This document shows positions 55,349 through 64,000 of a stretch of 64,000 nt of DNA, piece by piece. How positions within the stretch are numbered: position 1 is the stretch's first letter; each line of letters begins with the position of its first letter. Source of the DNA: an uncultured Acidobacteriota bacterium (GTDB lineage: Bacteria; Acidobacteriota; Thermoanaerobaculia; Gp7-AA8); contig CAVUKB010000006.1 in NCBI GenBank assembly GCA_963741955.1, positions 384,001 through 448,000 of the forward strand, read 5' to 3'. A program made the translations under genes and the position numbers. The notes under the pieces are model-generated. The model did not search any database and was not told the DNA's origin. It saw nothing but the letters and a program-made list of their open reading frames with translations.

Positions 55349-57178
55349 ATGTGCGGAATCATCGGATACGTCGGAGAGCGCGACGTGGTGCCGGTCCTCC
55401 TGACCGGACTGAAAAAGCTCGAATACCGCGGATATGACAGCGCCGGGATCGCGGTGGTGGCCGACCACGGAGTACGCGTGGTTCGCGCCGAAGGAAAGCT
55501 GGCGAAACTCGAAGAAAAGCTCCGGGACGAACGGATCGAAGGGAACTTCGGGATCGGCCATACCCGATGGGCGAGCCACGGCCGGCCCAGCGAGAACAAC
55601 GCCCACCCCCACCGCGACTGCAGCGGGAAGGTGGTGGTGATCCACAACGGGATCATCGAGAACTTCGTGAGCCTCAAGCAACGTCTCGCCGCCGCGGGAC
55701 ACGAGTTCCGGACCGAAACCGATACGGAAGTGGTGGCGCACCTGATCGAGGAGAATCTCGACGGCCGTTCGTTCGTCGATGCAGTGCGGAAGACGCTCAA
55801 AGAGCTGAGCGGTCATTATGCGCTGGTGATGATCGACGCCGACGAGCCCGGAACCATCATCACTGCCCGGCAGGGGCCTCCCCTGGTGGTCGGCGTCGGA
55901 GAGGGAGAGAACATCGTCGCTTCAGACGTGACCCCTCTCCTCTCCTACACCCGAAACATCCTCTATCTGGAGGACGGCGAATACGCGGTGGTCCGGAAGG
56001 ATTCGGTGAAGCTTTTCGACCGCGAGGACCAGCCCGTTCAGCGCGACCCGAAGCGGATCAACTGGGACGCGGTGATGGCGGAGAAGGAAGGGTACAAACA
56101 TTACATGCTCAAGGAGATTCACGAGCAGCCCCGCGCGGTGAAGGACACCTTCACCGGCCGGATGTTCATGGACTCCGGCGAGGTCTTCTTCAACGATCTC
56201 GACATCGCGCCCGAGGAGTGGAAACGGTTCCGGAAGGTTCACATCATCGCCTGCGGAACGTCGTGGCACTCAGGCCTGGTGGGTAAGTTCATGCTGGAGA
56301 ACTCGGCGCCTATTCCGGTGGAAGTCGACTACGGCTCGGAATACCGATACCGCAACCCCATCGTCGACGAGACCACTCTGGTCATCGGCGTCACCCAGTC
56401 GGGAGAGACCGCCGACACCATCGCCGGAATGCAGGAAGCGAAGCGAAAGGGGGCGAAGCTGATCACCATCTGCAACGTGATCGGCTCCGCCGCGACGCGC
56501 CTCGCTCACGGCACGATCTACACCAACGCAGGTCCGGAGATCGGCGTCGCCTCGACCAAGGCATTCACCACTCAGCTCACCGCGTTCTACCTTCTCTCTC
56601 TCTACGTGCAGCAGGTGCTCGGAGGAGACAAGAAGGACCTGCAGTACGCAATGCACGAGCTCTCCGTCATTCCTCAGAAGATGGAGGCGATTCTCCGGAA
56701 GGAGAAGGAGATCGAGGAGCTCGCCCATCGCTACTACAAGGCGAGCGACTTTCTTTTCCTCGGCCGCGGATACCAGTACCCGATTGCTCTCGAAGGGGCG
56801 CTGAAACTGAAGGAGATCTCCTACATCCATGCGGAAGGGTACCCGGCCGGAGAGATGAAACACGGACCGATCGCACTGATCGACGAGAACCTGCCGGTGG
56901 TCGGCGTGGTGACACACACGCCGGTCTACGACAAGATCATCTCCAATCTCCAGGAGGTAAAGGCGCGGGACGGAAAACTGATCGTCATCTGCGACGAAGG
57001 GGACGAAGACGCGAAGGCACTCGCGGATGAAGCGATCGAAGTGCCGTGGTCGATCGAGCCCCTTCAGCCGCTCCTGACCGTCATTCCGATGCAGCTGCTC
57101 GCGTACCACATCGCTCTGCGCCTCGGCTGCGACGTCGATCAGCCGCGCAACCTCGCAAAGAGCGTCACGATTGAGTAG
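55349..57178 (+). CDS. glmS: Glutamine--fructose-6-phosphate aminotransferase
   Basis: MCGIIGY, LEYRGYDSAG, GHTRWA, QSGETAD, VASTKAF, DQPRNLAKSVT. Confidence 0.97.
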   Translation: MCGIIGYVGERDVVPVLLTGLKKLEYRGYDSAGIAVVADHGVRVVRAEGKLAKLEEKLRDERIEGNFGIGHTRWASHGRPSENNAHPHRDCSGKVVVIHNGIIENFVSLKQRLAAAGHEFRTETDTEVVAHLIEENLDGRSFVDAVRKTLKELSGHYALVMIDADEPGTIITARQGPPLVVGVGEGENIVASDVTPLLSYTRNILYLEDGEYAVVRKDSVKLFDREDQPVQRDPKRINWDAVMAEKEGYKHYMLKEIHEQPRAVKDTFTGRMFMDSGEVFFNDLDIAPEEWKRFRKVHIIACGTSWHSGLVGKFMLENSAPIPVEVDYGSEYRYRNPIVDETTLVIGVTQSGETADTIAGMQEAKRKGAKLITICNVIGSAATRLAHGTIYTNAGPEIGVASTKAFTTQLTAFYLLSLYVQQVLGGDKKDLQYAMHELSVIPQKMEAILRKEKEIEELAHRYYKASDFLFLGRGYQYPIALEGALKLKEISYIHAEGYPAGEMKHGPIALIDENLPVVGVVTHTPVYDKIISNLQEVKARDGKLIVICDEGDEDAKALADEAIEVPWSIEPLQPLLTVIPMQLLAYHIALRLGCDVDQPRNLAKSVTIE

Positions 57179-57273
57179 AAGGCATCGATTATCTGGTATC
57201 TGTTATCTGTTATCTGTTATCTGTTATCGATAAAGTGGCGGATAATTATGGGTTGTTACAGATATCAGATACC
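57177..57273 (+). repeat. Heptamer array D (AAGGCATC + TGTTATC units)
   Basis: agaaggcatcgattatctggtatctgttatctgttatctgttatctgttatc starting in the glmS stop. Confidence 0.85.
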
Positions 57274-57281
57274 AGCATGAT

Positions 57282-57375
57282 TCAATCGCCCCTACGGGGC
57301 TGTCGGGGGGCTGATGTGCCGGCCAGCAATCCCAGGACTGCGTCCTGGGCTATTGTCAATCGCCCCTCCGGGGCT
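57282..57375. repeat. Palindromic repeat: two 20-bp direct repeats around a hairpin
   Basis: tcaatcgcccct(a/c)cggggct at 57282 and 57356; central cccagga-ctgcg-tcctggg. Confidence 0.7.
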
Positions 57376-57379
57376 CTCC

Positions 57380-57488
57380 CCGATCCCCGATCCTCGATCC
57401 TCGATCCTCGATCCCCGATCCTCGATCCTCGATCCTCGATCCTCGATCTCAGATAATAGATAACAGATACTAGATACCAGATGCCTTT
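57380..57488 (-). repeat. Heptamer array E (AAGGCATC + TGGTATC/TGTTATC then GAGGATC units)
   Basis: Minus strand aaaggcatctggtatctagtatctgttatctattatctgagatcgaggatcgaggatc...; overlaps the last mnmA codons. Confidence 0.88.
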
Positions 57489-58600
57489 ATCCAGCCACCG
57501 CCGAGGCAGAGGTCATCGTCGTAGAAGACGACGGCCTGACCCGGAGCGACGGCGCGGAGTGGCGCAGAGAACGTGACCTTCGCCAGACCGCCGTCGAGAG
57601 GCTCGACCGTCGCGGCGACGTCGTTCTGGCGCGACCGGACTCTCGCGGTGACCTCGACCGGTCCGGCCGGGGGCCGTCCCGAGATCCAGTGAACTCGTGC
57701 CGCGTAGAGTTCCGAGCGCTCGAGGTTTTCCGCCGAGCCGATGGTCACCCGGTGCGAGGCAGGATCGACGTCGACGACGTAAGTCCGCTCGGGAGACCCT
57801 CCGATCTGCAGACCGCGCCGCTGGCCGATGGTGAAGTTGTAATAGCCGTCGTGATGACCGACGATCTTTCCTTCCGTGTCGACGATCTCTCCGGAACCGT
57901 CGTCCGTGGCGACTGCCGCCGCGAGAGGAGAATCATCGCCCTCCTCGACCATCCGGCGCGCCTCCGCCTCGACGATCTTTCGGTACCCGTCGCGCTTCGG
58001 CACGAAGCAGATCTCGAACGACTCGCTCTTCTCCGCGACCGGAAGACCCGACGTCGCAGCGATGGCGCGTACTTCCGGCTTGGTCAGCTCGCCGAGCGGA
58101 AAAAGAGTGTGCGAGAGCTGCTCCTGGGAAAGCTCGAAAAGAAAGTAGGACTGATCCTTCGCGAGGTCGAGTGCCTTCCGCAGCTCGAACGTTCCGTCGG
58201 CGGCCCTGGTGATCCGCGCGTAGTGACCGGTCGCGACCTTCTCCGCTCCGGCCGAGATCGCCTTCCGATGAAGGAGAGCGAATTTCACGTGCGTATTGCA
58301 GAGAACGCAAGGTGAGGGCGTCAGTCCGCCGAGGTAATCGTTCACGAACGGACGGATCACCGCCTCCCGGAAGCCCTCCTCCATGTTCAGCACGAAGTAG
58401 GGAATCTCGAGCTTCCAGGCTACACGCCGGGCATCCGCCAGATCGTCGATCGTGCAGCATCCCCCGTACTCGCTCTCCGCACGCTCCAGAGCGTTGTACA
58501 TCTGCATCGACATCCCGATCACGTCGTGGCCCTGCTCCTTGAGCAGGTATGCGGCGGTCGAAGAATCGACCCCGCCCGACATTGCGACTGCCACTCTCAT
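57470..58600 (-). CDS. mnmA: tRNA-specific 2-thiouridylase
   Basis: [51 protein letters not shown]. Confidence 0.96.
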   Translation of the reverse strand: MRVAVAMSGGVDSSTAAYLLKEQGHDVIGMSMQMYNALERAESEYGGCCTIDDLADARRVAWKLEIPYFVLNMEEGFREAVIRPFVNDYLGGLTPSPCVLCNTHVKFALLHRKAISAGAEKVATGHYARITRAADGTFELRKALDLAKDQSYFLFELSQEQLSHTLFPLGELTKPEVRAIAATSGLPVAEKSESFEICFVPKRDGYRKIVEAEARRMVEEGDDSPLAAAVATDDGSGEIVDTEGKIVGHHDGYYNFTIGQRRGLQIGGSPERTYVVDVDPASHRVTIGSAENLERSELYAARVHWISGRPPAGPVEVTARVRSRQNDVAATVEPLDGGLAKVTFSAPLRAVAPGQAVVFYDDDLCLGGGWIKASGI

Positions 58601-58684
58601 CTGTTTTGCGTCCCGCGAAATGTTTCCGCCGGAATCGTCATCAACAATGCGAGGAATGGGTAAAATTCATCCCCTTTGGACACG

Positions 58685-59101
58685 ATGACGGATTTCGCTG
58701 ATCAGCCCGCCAGGACGGTCCTCGTCGCAGACGACGACCCACACATACGCCGACTGATCGTGGTGGCGCTCGCCCGCGCAGGATTCGCGTTCGAACAGGC
58801 CACCAACGGGATGGAGGCGCTGCAGATCATGCGCTCCCGGGCGGTGGACCTGGTCCTCCTCGATCTGATGATGCCGATCCTCTCCGGGTGGAGCGTTCTC
58901 GAGGAGCGGTCACACGATGCGGCGCTGCGGAAGATTCCGGTGATCGTCGTGAGCGCCGCCCACGATTCGGTCCTGCTCCGGCGCCCACCGGAAGGGGTGT
59001 GCGGGGTTCTCGCGAAACCGTTCGACGTCAGCGCGCTGCGCACGATCGTGGAGGAGTGCTTGCGGGGGACGGATGGAAACCCGGAGTCGGGGACGGCGTG
59101 A
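58685..59101 (+). CDS. Single-domain response regulator (CheY-like)
   Basis: VLVADDD, LLDLMMP, VSA, AKPF. Confidence 0.88.
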   Translation: MTDFADQPARTVLVADDDPHIRRLIVVALARAGFAFEQATNGMEALQIMRSRAVDLVLLDLMMPILSGWSVLEERSHDAALRKIPVIVVSAAHDSVLLRRPPEGVCGVLAKPFDVSALRTIVEECLRGTDGNPESGTA

Positions 59102-59135
59102 GGCGACGACGGAAACCGCGCGTGCCGGCCGGGAC

Positions 59136-59166
59136 AAAAAAAGGCCGGAGCAGGTGCTCCGGCCTT
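59136..59166 (-). terminator. Intrinsic terminator of maeB
   Basis: aaggccggagc-aggt-gctccggcctt with an A7 tract on its left (U tract on the minus strand). Confidence 0.85.
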
Positions 59167-59186
59167 CGAAGTCCAACGAACTCCGG

Positions 59187-61493
59187 CTAAACCGTGACGG
59201 GCTCCGGAGAGATCGACGGGACGGTACGCCGTTTCTGGTCCTTCTCCTGTGCATCGAGCACGGCGATCGCCGCCATGTTCACGATGTCGGAGACGTCGAC
59301 TCCGCGCTGGAGCACGTGAACCGGCCTGGACAGCCCCTGGAGGATCGGTCCGATTGCTTCGGCGCCACCGAGTCTCCAGAGGAGCTTGTACGCGATGTTC
59401 GCCGACTGCAGGTCGGGAAAGATCAGGACATTCGCGTCGCCCTGCAGAGGACTCCACGGATAATCCGCGGCGACTTCCGGAACGACTGCCGTGTCGGCCT
59501 GCATCTCGCCCTCGACCACCAGATCGGGGTGATGATGCTTGACGATCTGCACCGCCCGCTTCACTTTCTCCTGCAGCGGATGATTCGTCGAGCCGTAGTT
59601 CGAGAACGAGATCATCGCCACCTTCGGGTCGATGTCGAAACGCCGCGCGGTCTCCGCGGTGAGTACGGCGATCTCCGCGAGATCTTCCGCGGTCGGATCG
59701 ATATTGACCGTCGTGTCCGCGAGCACGAGCAGCCGGTTCTTGAACATCAGGATGTAGACACCCGAGACGCGATTGACGTCGTTGCGGGTCTTGATCACCT
59801 GAAGTGCCGGACGGATCGTCGCGGGATAGTAGGTCCGAAGTCCCGAGATCACCGCGTCGCCATCGCCCGCATCGAGCATCAGCATGGCGAAGTAATTTCG
59901 GTCCGCGGTAATGGTCTGCCGGGCATCGGTCAACGTCAGCCCTTCCCTCTTCCGGAGATCGTGGAAGCGATGGACGTAGGTCTCGAGCTTCTCGGACTGA
60001 AGCGGGTCGATCAGGGTGAACTTCGAGCCGTCGATCTCGAGCTTCGCCAGCACCGCCTCGATCTCGTCACGGTCACCGAGAAGGACCGGATGCGCGATCT
60101 GCTCTTCGACGAGGATTCTCGCCGCACGCACGATCTTCTCCTGGTCGCCCTCGGGAAAGATCACCCGCTTCGGACGCTGCTTCGCCTTGTCGAACACGCT
60201 GTGCATCAGCTGGCGCGAGCGCCCCAGGAGGTTCTCCAGGCGGCGCTTGTACGCGTCGTAATCCTGAATCGGCATCTGGGCCACTCCGGTCGCCTCGGCA
60301 GCCTTCGCCACCGCCACCGGCACCCAGAGGAGCACGCGATAATCGAACGGCTTCGGGATGAGATAGTCGGGACCGAAACGGAACTCGTCCTCGCCATAGG
60401 CGCGGAGAACCGATTCGGGAACGTCCTCTTTCGCCAGGTCGGCGAGTGCATGGGCGGCAGCGAGTTTCATCTCGTCGTTGATCGCCGTTGCGCGGCAGTC
60501 GAGTGCGCCGCGGAAGATGAACGGGAACCCGAGGACGTTGTTGACCTGGTTCGGATAATCGGAGCGGCCGGTGGCCATGATGATGTCCGGGCGTGCCGAC
60601 TTCGCGTCGTCATAAGAGATCTCGGGATTCGGGTTGGCCATGGCGAACACGATGGCGTTCTTCGGCATCGAACGGATCATGTCCTGCGTGACCAGCCCTC
60701 CGACGGAAACGCCGATGAACGCTTCTGCTTCCTTCATCGCGTCGGCAAGAGTCCGCGCCTTCGTATCCGCCGCGAACTCCGCCTTGAGCGGAGTCATGTT
60801 CTCGGTCCGTCCCTTGTAGATCACGCCTTTGCTGTCGACGAGCATGACGTTCTCTTTCCGGACCCCGAGCTTCATGTAGAGGCGCAGGCAGCCGAATGCG
60901 GCCGCACCGGCGCCGGAGAAGACGACTTTGACGTTCTCGATCTTCCGTCCGGTGATCTCGAGGGCGTTGAGGAATGCCGCGGCCGAGATGATCGCCGTCC
61001 CGTGCTGGTCGTCATGGAAGACAGGGATTTTCATCTCCTTCTTCAGCCGCTCCTCGACTTCGAAGCACTGCGGGGCGGAGATGTCCTCGAGGTTGATTCC
61101 GCCGAACGTCGGCTCGAGCAGCTTCACGCAGCGGATCAGCTCCTCGGTGTCGAGCGTGTCGACCTCGATGTCGAACACGTCGATATCGGCGAAACGCTTG
61201 AAGAGGACGCCCTTCCCTTCCATGACCGGCTTGCCCGCGGCCGCGCCGATCGCGCCGAGCCCCAGAACAGCCGTGCCGTTGCTGATGACGGCGACGAGAT
61301 TCCCTTTGTTCGTGTACTTGTAGACGTCAGCCGGATTCTTCGCGATCTCCAGGCAAGGCTCGGCGACACCCGGCGTGTAGGCGAGGGAGAGGTCGCGTTG
61401 AGTGGTGGTCGGCTTGGTCGGGACGACCTCGGTTTTTCCAGGGCGCCCTACCGAGTGGTAGTCGAGCGCCTCTTCTCTACTGATCTTTCGCAT
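59187..61493 (-). CDS. maeB: NADP-dependent malic enzyme with phosphotransacetylase-like domain
   Basis: SLAYTPGVA, NLEDI, FHDDQHGTA, GAGAA, ATGRSDYPNQVNN; PTA domain GEMQADTA, NIAYKL. Confidence 0.96.
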   Translation of the reverse strand: MRKISREEALDYHSVGRPGKTEVVPTKPTTTQRDLSLAYTPGVAEPCLEIAKNPADVYKYTNKGNLVAVISNGTAVLGLGAIGAAAGKPVMEGKGVLFKRFADIDVFDIEVDTLDTEELIRCVKLLEPTFGGINLEDISAPQCFEVEERLKKEMKIPVFHDDQHGTAIISAAAFLNALEITGRKIENVKVVFSGAGAAAFGCLRLYMKLGVRKENVMLVDSKGVIYKGRTENMTPLKAEFAADTKARTLADAMKEAEAFIGVSVGGLVTQDMIRSMPKNAIVFAMANPNPEISYDDAKSARPDIIMATGRSDYPNQVNNVLGFPFIFRGALDCRATAINDEMKLAAAHALADLAKEDVPESVLRAYGEDEFRFGPDYLIPKPFDYRVLLWVPVAVAKAAEATGVAQMPIQDYDAYKRRLENLLGRSRQLMHSVFDKAKQRPKRVIFPEGDQEKIVRAARILVEEQIAHPVLLGDRDEIEAVLAKLEIDGSKFTLIDPLQSEKLETYVHRFHDLRKREGLTLTDARQTITADRNYFAMLMLDAGDGDAVISGLRTYYPATIRPALQVIKTRNDVNRVSGVYILMFKNRLLVLADTTVNIDPTAEDLAEIAVLTAETARRFDIDPKVAMISFSNYGSTNHPLQEKVKRAVQIVKHHHPDLVVEGEMQADTAVVPEVAADYPWSPLQGDANVLIFPDLQSANIAYKLLWRLGGAEAIGPILQGLSRPVHVLQRGVDVSDIVNMAAIAVLDAQEKDQKRRTVPSISPEPVTV

Positions 61494-61820
61494 CGTGTTT
61501 CTCCGTAATTCGCAACTCCTGAATTCGCGGAGTCGCGTCGTGTTTTGCTGATCCCTTGCCTTTCGCTGGCGATGCCCCCGGCCGCAGTTCGGTTCTCATG
61601 GCCCCCGATCCGCGGCTCGCAGGCCCCTCCAGGGAGGGGTAAGGGATCATGGGAGCGTTACACTAGCACGACCCTTCCGGGGCGGCGGTGACGTGCAACC
61701 GTCCTTTCTGGCAGCGACACGCTGGCGTGGGGCTGCGTCTCCGGGATATCCTGCCGGATTCGCACGAGGCCGCTGAAGTCCGCCCGAACCGGCGATTCCA
61801 AATATAACTCCCCCAGAACG

Positions 61821-61848
61821 AAAAAGCCGCGCCAAAGGCGCGGCTTTT
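61821..61848 (-). terminator. Intrinsic terminator after secF
   Basis: aaaagccgcgcc-aaa-ggcgcggctttt. Confidence 0.85.
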
Positions 61849-61867
61849 CGAGAGAAGGCTCGGGAGA

Positions 61868-63061
61868 TCAGGCGCGGACGCGATTCTTCCCCTTCGCCTC
61901 GGCTGCGGCGCGGCTCTCGCCCCGCTCGAAGACGTCGCCCTTGGTGATGTGCCGTTCCCACCAGATGACGAATGCGGTCACGATCATCAGCGTCGAATAC
62001 GTTCCGGCGATGACTCCGATCAGAAGGATCCATGCGAAGTCGTGGATCACCTCGCCCCCGAACACGATCAGCGCGATCAGGACCAGGACGACCGAGCCGC
62101 TGGTGAGGATGGTTCGCGACAGGGTCTGGTTGATCGACAGATCGAGGATCTCGGCGAACGGCTGTTTCACGCGGGACTTCCGCTGATTTTCACGGACACG
62201 ATCGTAGGTGACGACCGTGTCGTTGACGGAGTAACCGACGATCATCAGGAACGCCGCGATCATCAGGAGAGAGACCTCGGCGTGAATCATGATCAGGAAC
62301 GCGAACGCGGCGAAGACATCGTGTGTGAGCGCTACCACCGCTCCGATTCCGAACTTCAGATCGAACCGGATGGTGATGTAGGCACCGATCGCGAGGGTCG
62401 AGAGGATGACCGCCAGAATGGCCTTGGTCTTCAGCTCGCGGCCGACCTGTGGTCCGACCGTTTCCTGATTCAGGACGTTCATCTTGCCGAGCATCGTATG
62501 CTCGGAGAGCACTCGTGCAGTAGCCGAGCTCACCCCGGGGATGGAGGTCACCTGCGACATGCTGGTGAAGATTCCGAGCTCAGAGCGTTTCGCGATGATG
62601 TTCTCGGAGAGATCGGCGTAATACGTCTCGGCCTGCGGCCCACTTCCCTTCGAGTCGGGATCGTTCTGCATGAGAAGTTCGGACAGTGTGTCGCGACCCT
62701 TGAAGTTCAGATCGATCTTGTTGCCGACATCGCCGTTGATCACGCCGTAAAGCTGGTTGACCACGCGGCCGGCGTAATCGCCTTCACCTTTCTGCTCGGG
62801 GAGCCGGATCAGGACGGTGTTGTCCTCCGGCGCGCCGTACCGCTGGATGGTCGCATCGGGGAGATGGCTTCGAAGGGTCTGGACTGGCACCTGTTCGGCG
62901 AACTTCACCACGATGCTCGCTCCGCCGGAGAAGTCGATGCCGAGGTTCAATCCACGCCAGAAGAAGGAGGCGAAGCCGGTGAGAATGAAAACGAGTGAGC
63001 CGATCACCGCGTAGTTGCGGTACTTGACCCAGTGATAGTTCGGATCGTGAAATAGTTCCAT
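61868..63061 (-). CDS. secF: Protein translocase subunit SecF
   Basis: GLNLGIDFSGG, VGPQVG, YITIRF, GYSVNDTVVTYDRVRE, QTLSRT. Confidence 0.95.
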   Translation of the reverse strand: MELFHDPNYHWVKYRNYAVIGSLVFILTGFASFFWRGLNLGIDFSGGASIVVKFAEQVPVQTLRSHLPDATIQRYGAPEDNTVLIRLPEQKGEGDYAGRVVNQLYGVINGDVGNKIDLNFKGRDTLSELLMQNDPDSKGSGPQAETYYADLSENIIAKRSELGIFTSMSQVTSIPGVSSATARVLSEHTMLGKMNVLNQETVGPQVGRELKTKAILAVILSTLAIGAYITIRFDLKFGIGAVVALTHDVFAAFAFLIMIHAEVSLLMIAAFLMIVGYSVNDTVVTYDRVRENQRKSRVKQPFAEILDLSINQTLSRTILTSGSVVLVLIALIVFGGEVIHDFAWILLIGVIAGTYSTLMIVTAFVIWWERHITKGDVFERGESRAAAEAKGKNRVRA

Positions 63062-63077
63062 GTGTGTCGCCTCTTCC

Positions 63078-64000
63078 TCAGATGCTGATCTGCTGCGGGC
63101 GCTTGGACGGATCGTAGATGGCGTCGAACATCACACGCGAGACGAAGAAGGCGGTGAAGACCGAAGCCGCGAGACCGATGAGCAGCGTGACCGCGAAACC
63201 TTTGACCGGTCCGCTTCCGAACTGGAAGAGGAACAGGGCCGAGATGATGGTCGTCATGTGGGTGTCGATGATGGTGCCGAACGCGAGCGAGAATCCGTTC
63301 TCGATCGACGCGGCGACGGACTTTCCGGCCCGGCGCTCCTCACGAATGCGCTCGAATACCAGAACGTTCGAGTCGACTGCCATGCCGAGCGTCAGGATGA
63401 TGCCGGCGATGCCCGGAAGGGTGAGGGTGGCGCGGAAGTAAGCCATCGCTCCGAGGAGGATGACCAGGTTGAGCACCAGCGCGGTGACCGCGTTGATTCC
63501 CGCTCCTCGATAGTAGAGCCCCACGGCGCTCACCAGGAGGATGAAGCCGATCAGCGACGCGGTCAGCCCCTGGCGGATCGAGTCCGCGCCGAGGGACGGA
63601 CCGATCGTCCGCTCCTCCAGCGTGGTCAGCGAAGCGGGAAGTGATCCGGTACGGAGCACCAGAGCGAGGTCGCTCGCTTCCTGCTGGGTGAAGCTTCCTT
63701 CGATCACACCCTGGTCTTCGATCCGGCTCTTGATGTTCGGGGCCGACTGGACCTTGTTGTCGAGGACGATCGCCAGACGGCGTCCGACGTTGTTGCCGGT
63801 CAGGTCTCCGAACTTGCGGGCGCCTTCGGGAGTGAGCGAGAAGCCGATGGTCGGTTCTCCGAACTGTCCCTTCTGCACACGCGCGGTCTTCAGATCGAGA
63901 CCGGTGACCGGGACGGTCTTCCGGATTGCGTAGAACTCCCGGCCGGTGACTCGGCCGAACTCGTCACGCGAGTCGCCGGGGAGGATGTCGACGTCACCCC
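63078..64000 (-). CDS. secD: Protein translocase subunit SecD (5' part outside the window)
   Basis: LAIVLD, LRTGSLPA, IGPSLG, TLTLPGIAG, GMAVDSNVLVFERIREE, GPVKGFA. Confidence 0.95.
   Translation of the reverse strand, partial: GDVDILPGDSRDEFGRVTGREFYAIRKTVPVTGLDLKTARVQKGQFGEPTIGFSLTPEGARKFGDLTGNNVGRRLAIVLDNKVQSAPNIKSRIEDQGVIEGSFTQQEASDLALVLRTGSLPASLTTLEERTIGPSLGADSIRQGLTASLIGFILLVSAVGLYYRGAGINAVTALVLNLVILLGAMAYFRATLTLPGIAGIILTLGMAVDSNVLVFERIREERRAGKSVAASIENGFSLAFGTIIDTHMTTIISALFLFQFGSGPVKGFAVTLLIGLAASVFTAFFVSRVMFDAIYDPSKRPQQISI

Noticed and set aside
59073-61508. 811-aa plus-strand ORF and other long antisense ORFs (47137..48861, 36530..38209, 8444..9856)
   Set aside because: Shadows of maeB, kup, yihY and the phosphoesterase gene, expected in high-GC DNA.
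1-64000. tRNA-Sec, selA/selD or selenoprotein genes near selB
   Set aside because: No tRNA-like sequence seen, and no gene appears split by an in-frame TGA; a formal SECIS scan was not possible.

Overview
GC-rich bacterial chromosomal segment, mostly housekeeping and signalling genes. Gene content and style suggest Acidobacteriota, possibly Thermoanaerobaculia; this is inference only. Recognisable genes: selB (partial), a Hanks kinase, DUF72, an mccA/mccB-like pair, plsY-gpsA, M16 and tricorn S41 peptidases, an amidohydrolase, c-di-GMP proteins (MshEN, PilZ, PAS-GGDEF-EAL), several two-component systems, an ECF sigma with a vWA-TonB partner, a KaiC-like ATPase with a hybrid kinase, an orphan ThiH/NosL-like radical SAM enzyme, xerC followed by a TIGR04442-like gene, kup divergent from kdpD/kdpE, glmS, mnmA, maeB, secF and secD (partial). 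I saw no tRNA, rRNA, CRISPR array, prophage or transposase. The most striking unexplained structure is intergenic. Five arrays of xxxxATC heptamers share an AAGRCATC-type leader; two of them bracket a sigma54-led three-gene cassette as inverted repeats, and one supplies the end of mnmA. There are also two triplicated REP/REPIN-like arrays and two long rod-like palindromic elements flanking kdpDE. All calls come from reading the sequence and motif recall; no database search was run.
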